A stretch of DNA of 64,000 bases from Candidatus Tayloriibacteriota bacterium. GTDB lineage: Bacteria; Patescibacteriota; Minisyncoccia; Phycocordibacterales; PALSA-1337. The stretch covers positions 26,495-90,494 of the forward strand of contig JBPOID010000007.1 in the NCBI GenBank assembly GCA_052034805.1, read 5' to 3'. Position numbers and translations under genes: made by a program. Shown here in pieces: positions 1 to 10,309 of the stretch (position 1 is the stretch's first letter; each line of letters starts with the position of its first letter). The notes below the pieces were generated by a model, which searched no databases, had not been told where the DNA came from, and worked only from the letters and a program-made list of their open reading frames with translations.

Positions 1-145
1 AGTCGATTTGGAACTCTTTTTCTGAGAGTATTTCCATAGCCTCGACTCCGTCTTTTGCAGAGAGAACATCATGTCCAGATCTGGACAATAGTTGTTTAAC
101 TGCAAATGTCACCATATCCGTATCCTCGACGAGCAGGATCACCAT
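1..145 (-). CDS. Response regulator receiver (CheY-like) protein, N-terminal part; runs off the window edge
   Basis: Manual translation MVILLVEDTDMVTFAVKQLLSRSGHDVLSAKDGVEAMEILSEKEFQID matches the receiver beta1/alpha1 pattern (ILLVED, A.DG.EA); strong SD AAGGAGGTG upstream; in-frame alternative ATG at 241; not in the ORF track. Confidence 0.8.
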   Translation of the reverse strand, partial: MVILLVEDTDMVTFAVKQLLSRSGHDVLSAKDGVEAMEILSEKEFQID

Positions 146-311
146 TTTTCTCACCTCCTTGTTTTTGGCAATCCTTATTCCATCTACAGTCCCAACCTTC
201 TGGCTTGTTGTGCCTGAGGTTTCTAGCAATGTTGTTAGCATCGTTTCCCTTTTTTTTACTGTGCTATTTCCGATTGTTGCGGAAATCTAGTAATATGATA
301 TCATCACATTT

Positions 312-1370
312 ATGAATAGTCAAGTAGCAAAGAAAAAGGTCTTTATCGGTATGTCGGGCGGAGTAGATAGCTCCGTTTCTGCCGCGATATTGAAAGATGC
401 CGGATACGATGTAACTGGTGTATTTATAAAGGTTTGGCAACCTGATTGGATACCGTGTACCGCAAAAGAAGACAGAATAGATGCTATGAGAGTAGCTTTG
501 GAGATTGGTATTCCATTTATCACTCTTGATCTAGAAAAGGAATACAAGAAAGAAGTTGTTGATTATATGATAGAAGAATATAAATCTGGTAGAACACCTA
601 ATCCAGATGTTATGTGTAATGCTTATGTTAAGTTCGGTGGCTTCTATAATTGGGCCATGTCACAAGGTGCAGACTTCGTTGCTACTGGACATTATGCAAG
701 AATAGAGAATGGAGAATTGAAAATGGGTGATGATAAGAATAAAGATCAAAGTTATTTCTTATGGACAATAAAGAAAGAGCAATTATCACATATAATTTTC
801 CCCGTAGGTAATATAGAGAAACCTGAAGTGAGAAAATTGGCAAAGAAATTCGGACTTTCTACAGCAGATAAGAAAGACAGTCAGGGTATATGCTTTATCG
901 GTAAAATTGATATAAAAGATTTTCTTTCACATTATATTCCTTTTGAAAGAGGAGATGTTCTAGATATGACAAATAAAGTTATTGGTTATCATAATGGTTC
1001 GTTCCTATACACTATAGGTGAAAGACATGGTTTTACTATTACAGAAAAGACTCCGAATGATCTTCCATATTATGTAATTTCAAAAGATATAAAGAAAAAC
1101 ACTATTACTGTTTCTAATAAAACAGAAAATAATGAACTTCCAAACGGTATTAAACAAATAAAATTAAGAAATATAAATTGGATAAATGAAAAGCCAAAAA
1201 TTGGTTATGTATTGGAAGCGCGTTCAAGATATAGACAAGAATTAAATAAAATAAAAATAATAGGAGAGGATACTATAGAGTTCGAAAAGCCACAATATAC
1301 TATTTCTTCGGGACAATCATTAGTTATCTACTATAACAATACATGCCTAGGAGGAGGAATTATAGTATAA
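312..1370 (+). CDS. mnmA: tRNA 2-thiouridine(34) synthase MnmA
   Basis: SGGVDS PP-loop, TPNPDVMCN, ATGHYA, KDQSYFL, DSQGICF. Confidence 0.97.
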   Translation: MNSQVAKKKVFIGMSGGVDSSVSAAILKDAGYDVTGVFIKVWQPDWIPCTAKEDRIDAMRVALEIGIPFITLDLEKEYKKEVVDYMIEEYKSGRTPNPDVMCNAYVKFGGFYNWAMSQGADFVATGHYARIENGELKMGDDKNKDQSYFLWTIKKEQLSHIIFPVGNIEKPEVRKLAKKFGLSTADKKDSQGICFIGKIDIKDFLSHYIPFERGDVLDMTNKVIGYHNGSFLYTIGERHGFTITEKTPNDLPYYVISKDIKKNTITVSNKTENNELPNGIKQIKLRNINWINEKPKIGYVLEARSRYRQELNKIKIIGEDTIEFEKPQYTISSGQSLVIYYNNTCLGGGIIV

Positions 1371-1377
1371 TCTTTTC

Positions 1378-2223
1378 ATGGAGAGAAATATAACTATTAC
1401 AAAAGCTAATGGTCAGAAAGAATTTTTTGATAAACAAAAACTTCTTCATTCACTTAGTAATGCTGGCGGTAATAATCAAATTGTAAATGATATCGTTAAT
1501 CATATAAGTAGTGAAATAAAAGATGGCACCACTACTTCTGATATATATAGACATGCCTTTGATCTTCTGAGAAATCATTCTGTGCCTATAGCTGTAAAAT
1601 ATTCTTTACGTAGAGCTATAGGGGAATTAGGTCCTGGTGGTTTCCCATTCGAAAGATTTGTTGCAAAAATATTTAATACTTGGGGTTATGAAGCCATCAC
1701 AGACCAAATAGTCATGGGTTCTTGTGTAGATCATGAAATAGATGTCGTAGCTTGGAGAGGAAATGACCTAGCTATGGTTGAAGCGAAATTCCATAATGAA
1801 TTCGGTATGAAATCAGATTTGAAAGTAGTTCTTTATGTAAAAGCTCGTTATGATGATCTTTCTAAAAAAGTATTTAATTTTGGCAATAAAGAAAGAAAAT
1901 TAACTGAAAAATATATTTTTACAAATACAAAGTTTACAGATAAAGCAATACAATACAGCAAATGCCAAGGATTAAGCCTAATAGGTTGGAATTATCCATT
2001 AAGTGGAAATCTTCATGATATTATAACCCAGTACAGATTGCATCCTATAACTAGTTTATCATTGTTGAATAATCAAAATAAAAAAGATTTAATAGACAGA
2101 GGAATACTTATCTGTACAGATTTGATAAATGATCCAAAAATATTAGATTCTATAGGTATAAATAAAGAAAATATAAAAAATATAATTTCTGAAGCGAATA
2201 TTGTTATAAATAGTAATAAATAA
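1378..2223 (+). CDS. ATP-cone domain plus PD-(D/E)XK (Mrr-like) restriction endonuclease domain protein
   Basis: N-terminal ITKANGQKEFFDKQKL (ATP cone); GFPFERFVA...EIDVVA...VEAK nuclease motif. Confidence 0.8.
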   Translation: MERNITITKANGQKEFFDKQKLLHSLSNAGGNNQIVNDIVNHISSEIKDGTTTSDIYRHAFDLLRNHSVPIAVKYSLRRAIGELGPGGFPFERFVAKIFNTWGYEAITDQIVMGSCVDHEIDVVAWRGNDLAMVEAKFHNEFGMKSDLKVVLYVKARYDDLSKKVFNFGNKERKLTEKYIFTNTKFTDKAIQYSKCQGLSLIGWNYPLSGNLHDIITQYRLHPITSLSLLNNQNKKDLIDRGILICTDLINDPKILDSIGINKENIKNIISEANIVINSNK

Positions 2224-2227
2224 TACT

Positions 2228-2821
2228 ATGTCAAAAATAGAAGAAATGAAAAAGATTCATGATGAAATCTTGGTTTTAAAGGCCTCGCCATTATATGAAT
2301 ATAGAGTTTCTAATAAATATTTTCCAGTTATAGGTGAAGGCAGTCATGATTCAGAAATAATGTTTATTGGTGAAGCTCCAGGTAGAAATGAAGCCAAAAC
2401 AGGAAAACCATTCTGTGGTGCTGCGGGCAAAGTATTGGATGAATTATTGAATCATGTAGGTATAGATAGAAAAAATATTTATATTACAAATATTGTGAAA
2501 GATAGACCACCAGAAAACAGAGATCCATCAGCCAAAGAAATAGAAATATACGGCCCATTCCTAGATAGACAAATAAATATAATAAAACCAAAAGCAATAG
2601 TAACATTGGGTCGTTATGCTATGGGATATATAATGGAGAAATTTGATTTAGGTTTGGAACTTGAACCTATAAGCAAAGCCCATGGCAAATCCTATTCCGG
2701 CAAGGCTTCGTATGGTAATGTAGATATTATTGCTTTATATCATCCATGTGTGGCAGTATATAATCCAAATAATATAAATAAATTAAAAGAAGATTTTATT
2801 ATACTGAAGAATTATATATAA
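2228..2821 (+). CDS. udg: Uracil-DNA glycosylase, family 4
   Basis: GEAPG, GKPFCGAAG, YITNIVKDRPPENRDP, YHP motifs. Confidence 0.93.
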   Translation: MSKIEEMKKIHDEILVLKASPLYEYRVSNKYFPVIGEGSHDSEIMFIGEAPGRNEAKTGKPFCGAAGKVLDELLNHVGIDRKNIYITNIVKDRPPENRDPSAKEIEIYGPFLDRQINIIKPKAIVTLGRYAMGYIMEKFDLGLELEPISKAHGKSYSGKASYGNVDIIALYHPCVAVYNPNNINKLKEDFIILKNYI

Positions 2822-2842
2822 GATAAGGATTATAAATATCAT

Positions 2843-4630
2843 ATGAAAAAAACAAAAAGAATTAAGAATAAAATAAATACAGAATGGAATCTGAAGCTTT
2901 TATATAGTGGATATAATGATGCAAAGATAGAAAAAGATATAGAAAATACAGAAAAGATGATAAATGATTTCGCTTCCAAATATGATATTTCTGATAAGAA
3001 TTATTTAAAAGATGAAAATGCTTTATACGAAATATTATCTGATTATGAAAGATTAAGTGAAATTACAGAGAATAATGCTATTACTTATTTTTCTCTATCA
3101 CAAGATCTAAATGCAAATGATAGAATCGCTAGTTCAAAACTAGCTTTACTTTCTAATCGTATGGCAAAGCTTGGTAATAAATTAACATTCTTCGAAATCT
3201 CAATAGGGAAAATAGAAAAGGATTTACAAGATAAATTCCTCAAAAGTGATAAACTCAAACATTTTAGAGTATTTTTGAAAAGAATTTTTGATGATGCAAA
3301 ATATTCATTATCTATACCAGAAGAGAAAATAATGAGCTTGAAATCACAACCAGCTTATGAAATGTGGGTTTCTGGCAATGAAAAGATTTTGAATATGAAA
3401 ACTATTAAGTTTAAAGGTGAAGTTATGCCTATTTCGAAGGCTATGAGCACTATGCGTTATCTTTCTAAATCTGCTGATAGAGAGAAATTAAGTACAGAGA
3501 TAAATAAAGTCCTAAAAGAAGTAGCATCTTTTTCTGAGGCCGAAATAAATGCTGTTATTACAAATAAAAAGATAAATGATGAATTAAGAGGTTATAAGAC
3601 ACCTTATGAAAACAGAATAGTAAGTTGTGAAAATGATTCAAAAGTCGTAGATGATCTAGTAAATATAGTTACTCAAGGTTTCCGTATATCACATAAGTTT
3701 TACAAATTAAAAGCAAAATTATTAAATAAAAAGAGATTAAGTTATGAAGATAGATCTGTAAGTATCGGTAAAATAAAATCATCTTTTAGTTTCAATGATT
3801 CTATATCTTTATTCAAAAAGACTTTAGATAATGTAGATAATAAATTCACAGAGATTCTAAATAGTTATTTAGAAAATGGCCAAATAGATGTATATCCGAA
3901 AATAGGGAAGACTGGCGGTGCTTATTGCGCTGGTTCCTATAAAACACCAACTTTTGTATTATTGAATCATGTTGATGGATTGAATTCATTTTCGACTTTA
4001 GCACATGAGATGGGACACGCTTTCCACACTGAACTCTCCAAATCACAAGGAATCCTATACCATGGATATTCTACTTCACTAGCAGAAACAGCAAGTACAT
4101 TATTTGAAGCATTAGCTTTTGAGAGTGTTTTTGAAAAATTATCACCAAAAGAACAAATAATAGTATTACACGATAGAATAAGTGATGATATCTCCACAGT
4201 TTTCAGACAAATAGCTTGTTTTAATTTTGAATTAGAACTTCACAATACTATACGTGAAAAAGGATTTTTATCTAAAGAAGAAATAGCAAATATTCATAAT
4301 AAAAATATGAAAGCTTATCTAGGTCCCAATTTTGATCTAAAAGAAGATGATGGTTATTTCTTTGTTGTTTGGAGTCATATAAGAAATTTCTTTTATGTAT
4401 ATACCTATGCTTATGGTCAACTTGTAAGCAAGGCACTTTTTGCAAAATATAAAGAAGATAAAAACTTTTGGAAATCAATAGATAGATTCCTAAGTTCAGG
4501 TGGAAAGGCTAGTCCAGAAGAAATATTAAAGGAAATAGGTCTTGATGTTTATAATGGTGAGGTTTGGAAAAAAGGATTGGCTCAAATAGAGAGTGATATA
4601 GATAGATTGGAGAAATTGACTAAAATTTGA
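2843..4630 (+). CDS. pepF: Oligoendopeptidase F (M3B peptidase)
   Basis: HEMGH zinc motif, LAETAS, GGAYC, H..FYVYTYAYG. Confidence 0.92.
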   Translation: MKKTKRIKNKINTEWNLKLLYSGYNDAKIEKDIENTEKMINDFASKYDISDKNYLKDENALYEILSDYERLSEITENNAITYFSLSQDLNANDRIASSKLALLSNRMAKLGNKLTFFEISIGKIEKDLQDKFLKSDKLKHFRVFLKRIFDDAKYSLSIPEEKIMSLKSQPAYEMWVSGNEKILNMKTIKFKGEVMPISKAMSTMRYLSKSADREKLSTEINKVLKEVASFSEAEINAVITNKKINDELRGYKTPYENRIVSCENDSKVVDDLVNIVTQGFRISHKFYKLKAKLLNKKRLSYEDRSVSIGKIKSSFSFNDSISLFKKTLDNVDNKFTEILNSYLENGQIDVYPKIGKTGGAYCAGSYKTPTFVLLNHVDGLNSFSTLAHEMGHAFHTELSKSQGILYHGYSTSLAETASTLFEALAFESVFEKLSPKEQIIVLHDRISDDISTVFRQIACFNFELELHNTIREKGFLSKEEIANIHNKNMKAYLGPNFDLKEDDGYFFVVWSHIRNFFYVYTYAYGQLVSKALFAKYKEDKNFWKSIDRFLSSGGKASPEEILKEIGLDVYNGEVWKKGLAQIESDIDRLEKLTKI

Positions 4631-4642
4631 TATATTTGTTCT

Positions 4643-6433
4643 ATGAAATCAGAAGATATACGCTTAAGATTCTTAAAATTCTTTGAGAAAAGAGGCCATA
4701 AGATAATACCTTCGGCTTCTCTTATTACTCCCGATAATAAAGGTATTACTAATTCTACTTTATTCAATACTGCTGGTATGCAACCTCTCATACCTTATCT
4801 TCTAGGTAAGGCTCATGAATCTGGAAGTAATAGATTGGTAGATGTTCAGAAATGTATTAGAACTGTTGATATAGATAGTATAGGTGACAAGACTCATGCT
4901 ACATTTTTCGAAATGTTAGGTAACTGGTCTCTGGGTGATTATTTTAAAGAAGATGCAATAAAATGGAGTTATGAATTTCTTACTTCAAAAGAAGAAGGAT
5001 TAGGTCTTGATCCTAAAAGACTTTATGTAACTGTTTTCGAGGGTGATGAAATAGCAAAAAGGGATGAAGAAGCTGTTTCCATCTGGCAGAAAATCTTTCA
5101 AGAAAATAAAATAGAAGGAAATAGGATTTTCTATTTACCTAAAGAGAATAATTGGTGGGAAGCAGGAGACAATGGTCCATGTGGTCCTGATAGTGAAATG
5201 TATTATGATGTATTGAATAAATTCAATGGTAGAGGTTTAAGTCATGAGGAATTCTTGAAGGCTGATGAGGCAAGAGATATTGTAGAGATATGGAATGATG
5301 TCTTTATGCAATATGAGAAAAAAGATGGAAAGGTTATAGGCAAATTACCGAAACCTTCTGTAGATACTGGAGCAGGACTCGAGAGATTAGCTATGGTTAT
5401 ACAAAATGTAGATAATATCTATGATACTGATTTATTGAAACCGATAATGGATAAAATAGAAGAGAATTCTAATTCTGGATTTATAAGAGAGAAGAGAATA
5501 ATATCCGATCATATGAGATCTTCTATTTTTCTTATTGGAGATGGGGTAATACCTTCTAATACCGACAGAGGTTATATTCTAAGAAGACTTCTAAGAAGAG
5601 CTATTAGATATTCAAAGACTATTGATTTGAAAATAAAATTATCTGATTTATTAGACTCAGTTAATATAATCTATAAAGATAGATATAGTGAAATAAAAAG
5701 TAATAATATAAAAGAAGAAATAGATAAAGAAGTAGAAAGATTCGAAAAAACATTAGAAATAGGTTTGAAAGAATTCACTAAAGGCAAAGATGCTTTCACT
5801 CTATTTTCAAGTTATGGTTTTCCTATAGAACTTACTATAGAACTTGCAAAAGAAAAGGGTATAGAAATTGATATGAAGAAATTTGAAGAAGAATTCAAGA
5901 AACATCAGGATCTTTCTCGTTCTGGAGCAGAGCAGAAATTCAAAGGTGGACTTGCAAATCCAAATGATAATACTGTTGTGAGATATCATACCGCTACACA
6001 TCTTCTACATCAGGCTTTACATGATGTATTGGGTGATGGAATAATGCAAAAAGGTTCAAATATAACTACAGAAAGACTACGTTTTGATTTCTCTCATAAT
6101 GGAAAAATGACAGATGAAGAAAAAAAGAAAGTAGAAGATATAGTAAATACAAAAATAAAGGAATCTCTACCAGTAAATATGGTAATTATGCCAAAGCTAG
6201 AAGCAGAGAAAACCGGAGCAAGGCATTTCTTTGGTGAGAAATATGGAGATGAAGTATCTATATATTTTATAGGTAATACTTTGGAATCAGCATATTCAAA
6301 AGAATTCTGTGGTGGACCTCATGTAAAGAATACAAAAGAAATATCTGGAGAAAAAGGTGAATTAAAGTTTAAAATAGCCAAAGAAGAAGCCGTAGCACAA
6401 GGAATAAGAAGAATAAAAGCGGTTTTAGTATAA
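4643..6433 (+). CDS. alaS: Alanine--tRNA ligase (short form lacking the C-Ala domain)
   Basis: FNTAGMQ, FFEMLGNWS, DTGAGLER, editing motifs HTATH and CGGPH. Confidence 0.97.
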   Translation: MKSEDIRLRFLKFFEKRGHKIIPSASLITPDNKGITNSTLFNTAGMQPLIPYLLGKAHESGSNRLVDVQKCIRTVDIDSIGDKTHATFFEMLGNWSLGDYFKEDAIKWSYEFLTSKEEGLGLDPKRLYVTVFEGDEIAKRDEEAVSIWQKIFQENKIEGNRIFYLPKENNWWEAGDNGPCGPDSEMYYDVLNKFNGRGLSHEEFLKADEARDIVEIWNDVFMQYEKKDGKVIGKLPKPSVDTGAGLERLAMVIQNVDNIYDTDLLKPIMDKIEENSNSGFIREKRIISDHMRSSIFLIGDGVIPSNTDRGYILRRLLRRAIRYSKTIDLKIKLSDLLDSVNIIYKDRYSEIKSNNIKEEIDKEVERFEKTLEIGLKEFTKGKDAFTLFSSYGFPIELTIELAKEKGIEIDMKKFEEEFKKHQDLSRSGAEQKFKGGLANPNDNTVVRYHTATHLLHQALHDVLGDGIMQKGSNITTERLRFDFSHNGKMTDEEKKKVEDIVNTKIKESLPVNMVIMPKLEAEKTGARHFFGEKYGDEVSIYFIGNTLESAYSKEFCGGPHVKNTKEISGEKGELKFKIAKEEAVAQGIRRIKAVLV

Positions 6434-6484
6434 ATAAACTATAGGAATATTCTAGTATAGATGTAGTCATGTTATAATATTTGT

Positions 6485-7627
6485 ATGTTTTCTTTGAATT
6501 CTAAAAAGAAAGAAGAATTATCTCTTGTATTGGATATACAAAGTGATCTCGTACGCGCTGCGGTAGTACAATTCTGTCCATTAGAAAAGCCCCATGTGAT
6601 ATATTCTCTATCACAGCATATTTCTTTTGATTCAAAATTGAATGCTTCTAGAATGACTGATCTTATGTTAAAGGCAGTTTCTGATATAGGTATGAAATTG
6701 GTTAAAGATGGAATAAAGGGTATAAAATCTGTACATTATGTATTTTCTTCACCATGGGTTATACCACAATCCAAGACCGTAAAGATAGAATATGAAAATG
6801 AAATAGAGATAAAGGATTCTGTTGTATTAAATATTATAAATAAAGAAAGAAAGGAATTAATAGCTAAATTCAAAGAAAATAATCTTAACAATGAATACGA
6901 ATTCGATATTTCTTTTATAGAAGAAAATGTCTTTGATGTTCGTTTGAATGGATATTCTGTAACTGATTATAAAGGCAAAAAAGCAAAATCATTGGAAATA
7001 TCTTTCGCTACAACACTTAGTTCATACAGAATATTAGATAGAATAGATAAAACAATAAAGAATACTTTAAAGATCAAAAAGGTACATTATCATTCTGCAT
7101 TATTATTGAGATATACAGCCCTTCGTTCACTTATCGATAACAAAGATGAGTATATATCAGTTCATATACATGGAGAGCTTACCGATATTGTAGTTGTAAA
7201 AAGGAATTTCAGTTCACATTTAGCTTCTTTTCCATTCGGCAGAACTACTATTTCTAGGAAATTATCTAATTCTACTAGAAGTACTATGCAGGCTATAGAT
7301 TCTTCTATATCTATGTATGAAGATGAAAGATTAGAAAGATCAGAACAACAGAAAATAATGAAACTCATTCAGCCTATAATAGAAGAATGGAAAAATCAGT
7401 TTATGAATTCAATAAAGAGTATGGGAGAAAATGAAGCAATACCGCATTCTGTATATTTATCTACTCATCGTCATTTTAAACTTTTTAAAAATATAATAGA
7501 GTCTGAGAAATTTGAGGTATTTACTATGGATGATAATTTCGTTGATAAGTCTGTAATATTCGATAGAGCCATAGATAGAAATTCAATAATAGGTATATAT
7601 GCATTTGCTCTAAATGATATGTTATAA
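6485..7627 (+). CDS. Hypothetical protein, probable degenerate actin-like (FtsA/PilM-like) fold
   Basis: LVLDIQSDLVRAAVV resembles phosphate-1; VHIHGELTDIVVV and SFPFG resemble phosphate-2 of FtsA/PilM. Confidence 0.5.
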   Translation: MFSLNSKKKEELSLVLDIQSDLVRAAVVQFCPLEKPHVIYSLSQHISFDSKLNASRMTDLMLKAVSDIGMKLVKDGIKGIKSVHYVFSSPWVIPQSKTVKIEYENEIEIKDSVVLNIINKERKELIAKFKENNLNNEYEFDISFIEENVFDVRLNGYSVTDYKGKKAKSLEISFATTLSSYRILDRIDKTIKNTLKIKKVHYHSALLLRYTALRSLIDNKDEYISVHIHGELTDIVVVKRNFSSHLASFPFGRTTISRKLSNSTRSTMQAIDSSISMYEDERLERSEQQKIMKLIQPIIEEWKNQFMNSIKSMGENEAIPHSVYLSTHRHFKLFKNIIESEKFEVFTMDDNFVDKSVIFDRAIDRNSIIGIYAFALNDML

Positions 7628-7639
7628 TTATTACAAATT

Positions 7640-9022
7640 ATGAATGAAAAAAGAGTTGTACAAGATATAGTTCCAGGAAAGAAGCGTACTATACGTAATC
7701 TTTCTGTAGATGATACACCTCCTCCTAGACCAAGATCAAAGAAATTAGAAAAAATAGATAATATAGAAAAGACAGATAAAACAGACAGAATATCCAGAGT
7801 AAGAGTAGTAGAGGATGATATAGAAGAAGTAGATAATAGGATAATAGAAGAGAGACTTCACAGAGGCAGTACTAGGAAGAAAAGAGTTTGGGGTACTTTG
7901 CTTACTTTCCTTATTATTTTTGTTGGGGTAGCCATAATAGCTACTGCAGCATCTTTGCTTTATCTAAAAGCTGTGATAACCGTAGTACCTAAAGTCGCTG
8001 ATATAGATGTTAGTGGAACATTTACCGCTATGAAAGATGCGAAATTCCCAGATCTTTCTTATGAAGTTATAATAGCTACGAGTTCAACTGAGCAATCCGT
8101 TCCTGCGACTTCTGGTCCAGCCATAAATACAAAGGCTAGTGGTACACTCTATCTATATAATGAACAAACTAATGCTCAGACATTACTCACAGGTACAAGA
8201 ATTGCTAGTATTCCAAGTATTGTATACAGAACTGTTTCAACCGCGGTAATACCGAAGGCAACTACAGTAAATGGCAAATTAATTCCAGGATCTATTTCTG
8301 TAAAGATAGTAGCTGATCAGGCGGGTAGTAATTATAATGCAAAAATCACAGATTCAATATTCAATATACTAGCTTTCAAAGGTACAGATAGATATGGCAA
8401 GGTATATGGAAAGATGAAAACAGATATAGTCGGAGGATTCAAGGGTAATAAAGAGATAATACCTAAAGATATAGAAAAGACAGCTATAGATAGTATGAAA
8501 GATAGTCTAAAAACAAAGCTATTAGATCAAGTAAAGAGAACTATAAAGTCTGATCATATATTTTTCCCTAATGCTTATAATATAGAATACAATGTTCTAG
8601 ATCCAGTAAAGAAAGATGATAATTATGCAAATCTAACTGTTGTAGCTACTATGTATGCTATGAATTTCAAGAATACTTCTTTTGTTAAATTTGTAGCCGA
8701 TAAAGATATGAACAAATTCCCATCTATAGAATACGATATACAAGGTTTAGATAAATTAAGTTTCTCAATTATTAATCAAAAAGATTTTTCATTAAAATCT
8801 GGTACACCTGTTAACTTTATATTGAAGGGTAGACTAGTATTAACTGGCAAATTCAATCAAGAAGATTTAAAAAATAAATTAAAAGGAATCAAATTAACAG
8901 AAAGTCCAACTGTATTTGGAGAATACAAAGCAATTGATAATGCTTATTCTAGAATATCTCCATTTTGGATGAGATCTTATCCTAATTCAATAAAAGATAT
9001 AACTATAGAGATAAAACATTGA
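7640..9022 (+). CDS. Single-pass membrane protein with baseplate J-like extracellular region
   Basis: Charged N-terminus, one TM, then KASGTLYLYN...GTR...ADQAGSNYN...GGF and P.W C-terminal pattern recalled from CPR baseplate-J-like proteins. Confidence 0.5.
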   Translation: MNEKRVVQDIVPGKKRTIRNLSVDDTPPPRPRSKKLEKIDNIEKTDKTDRISRVRVVEDDIEEVDNRIIEERLHRGSTRKKRVWGTLLTFLIIFVGVAIIATAASLLYLKAVITVVPKVADIDVSGTFTAMKDAKFPDLSYEVIIATSSTEQSVPATSGPAINTKASGTLYLYNEQTNAQTLLTGTRIASIPSIVYRTVSTAVIPKATTVNGKLIPGSISVKIVADQAGSNYNAKITDSIFNILAFKGTDRYGKVYGKMKTDIVGGFKGNKEIIPKDIEKTAIDSMKDSLKTKLLDQVKRTIKSDHIFFPNAYNIEYNVLDPVKKDDNYANLTVVATMYAMNFKNTSFVKFVADKDMNKFPSIEYDIQGLDKLSFSIINQKDFSLKSGTPVNFILKGRLVLTGKFNQEDLKNKLKGIKLTESPTVFGEYKAIDNAYSRISPFWMRSYPNSIKDITIEIKH

Positions 9023-9047
9023 CTTTTATATAATCCTTTGCTACGAT
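9019..9047 (+). promoter_or_regulatory. Sigma70 promoter of the infA/ribosomal protein operon
   Basis: TTGACT-17 bp-TACGAT with TG extension; it overlaps the track ATG at 9046, so infA likely starts at 9067. Confidence 0.6.
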
Positions 9048-9066
9048 GGTGAGACGTGCTAAATTG

Positions 9067-9315
9067 ATGCAACAAGATATCAATAATACCAATAATTTAA
9101 GGCAAAAAAATACAGCAAATTCATCTTATGGAGTTGTTGTAGAAGCATTGCCGAACACCTTATTTAGGGTCAAAATTGATGGTAAAGATGACATTGTAAT
9201 GGCATATTTGGCTGGTAAGATGAGAATGCACCGTATAAAGGTTCTTATAGGAGATAAGGTAGAACTTACTCTAGATCCATATGGTGGAAGGGCAAGGATT
9301 AGTAAAAGACTTTAA
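9067..9315 (+). CDS. infA: Translation initiation factor IF-1
   Basis: [34 protein letters not shown]. Confidence 0.96.
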   Translation: MQQDINNTNNLRQKNTANSSYGVVVEALPNTLFRVKIDGKDDIVMAYLAGKMRMHRIKVLIGDKVELTLDPYGGRARISKRL

Positions 9316-9320
9316 ATATA

Positions 9321-9437
9321 ATGAAAGTAAAAGCTTCAGTAAAACCGATTTGTGCAAAATGTAGTGTGGTCCGAAGAAAAGGCTATGTATATGTGATTTG
9401 TTCTGCAAATCCTAGACATAAGCAAAGACAAGGTTAA
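9321..9437 (+). CDS. rpmJ: 50S ribosomal protein L36 (zinc-binding type)
   Basis: Manual translation [38 protein letters not shown]; below the ORF track cutoff. Confidence 0.97.
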   Translation: MKVKASVKPICAKCSVVRRKGYVYVICSANPRHKQRQG

Positions 9438-9446
9438 AATATTTAT

Positions 9447-9827
9447 ATGCGTATATTAGGTATTACAATTCCAGATACTAAGCGACTTCCGATTGCGTTA
9501 ACGGAGCTTTATGGTATTGGTAGAGCTCGTGCTCTATTTATATTAAAGAGAGCAAAAGTTGATACAAATCTAACTTCAAAAGATCTATCAGTAGAACAAG
9601 AGAATGAAATAAGAAAAATAATAGAATCATTCAGAATAGAAGGAGATCTAAAAAGAGAGGTAGCTTCAAATATAAAGAGATTGAAAGATATAAAGACATA
9701 TAGAGGAATGCGTCATGCAAGAAAACTTCCTTCTCGTGGACAGAGAACAAAGACAAATTCTAGAACTCTAAGAGGAAATGTGAGAAAGACAATGGGTTCA
9801 GGAAGAAAGAAGGAAGAAAAGAAATAA
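9447..9827 (+). CDS. rpsM: 30S ribosomal protein S13
   Basis: ALTELYGIG, YRGMRH, RGQRTKTNSRT. Confidence 0.97.
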   Translation: MRILGITIPDTKRLPIALTELYGIGRARALFILKRAKVDTNLTSKDLSVEQENEIRKIIESFRIEGDLKREVASNIKRLKDIKTYRGMRHARKLPSRGQRTKTNSRTLRGNVRKTMGSGRKKEEKK

Positions 9828-9847
9828 TATTTTTATAAAATAATAAA

Positions 9848-10297
9848 ATGGGTAAAAAAAGAATTGTAACAACTGAGGGTGAAAAGAAAGAAGCATCAAA
9901 GGATGCAGCAGGTAATCCTGTAGCACCTAAACAAGTATCTTCTTCGAAGAGATTAGATTCTGGTATACTCCATGTTCAATCTACTTATAATAATACAAAG
10001 GTTTTGCTTACCGATAGAGATGGTAAGGCTATAATGTGGTCTTCAAGTGGATCTTTAGGATTCCGTGGTGCAAAGAAGGGTACACCTTTCGCAGCTGCGA
10101 AAGTTGGAGAAACTTTGGCTGTTAAAGCTCAGACTTATGGCTTAAAAGAAATAGATGTAGTAGTAAAGGGCGTAGGTTCTGGTAGAGAAAGTGCTATAAG
10201 AGGCTTTATTTCAAAGGGTGTGAACATTATTTCAATAAAGGATACAACACCAGTTCCTTTCAATGGACCACAATCAAAGAAACCAAGAAGAGTATAA
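9848..10297 (+). CDS. rpsK: 30S ribosomal protein S11
   Basis: STYNNT, KKGTPFAA, GVGSGRESAIR, DTTPVPFNG. Confidence 0.97.
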   Translation: MGKKRIVTTEGEKKEASKDAAGNPVAPKQVSSSKRLDSGILHVQSTYNNTKVLLTDRDGKAIMWSSSGSLGFRGAKKGTPFAAAKVGETLAVKAQTYGLKEIDVVVKGVGSGRESAIRGFISKGVNIISIKDTTPVPFNGPQSKKPRRV

Positions 10298-10309
10298 TTT
10301 TATAATAAA

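Noticed and set aside
106-315. 69 aa plus-strand ORF
   Set aside because: Antisense to the receiver-domain gene and its leader, and overlaps the mnmA promoter
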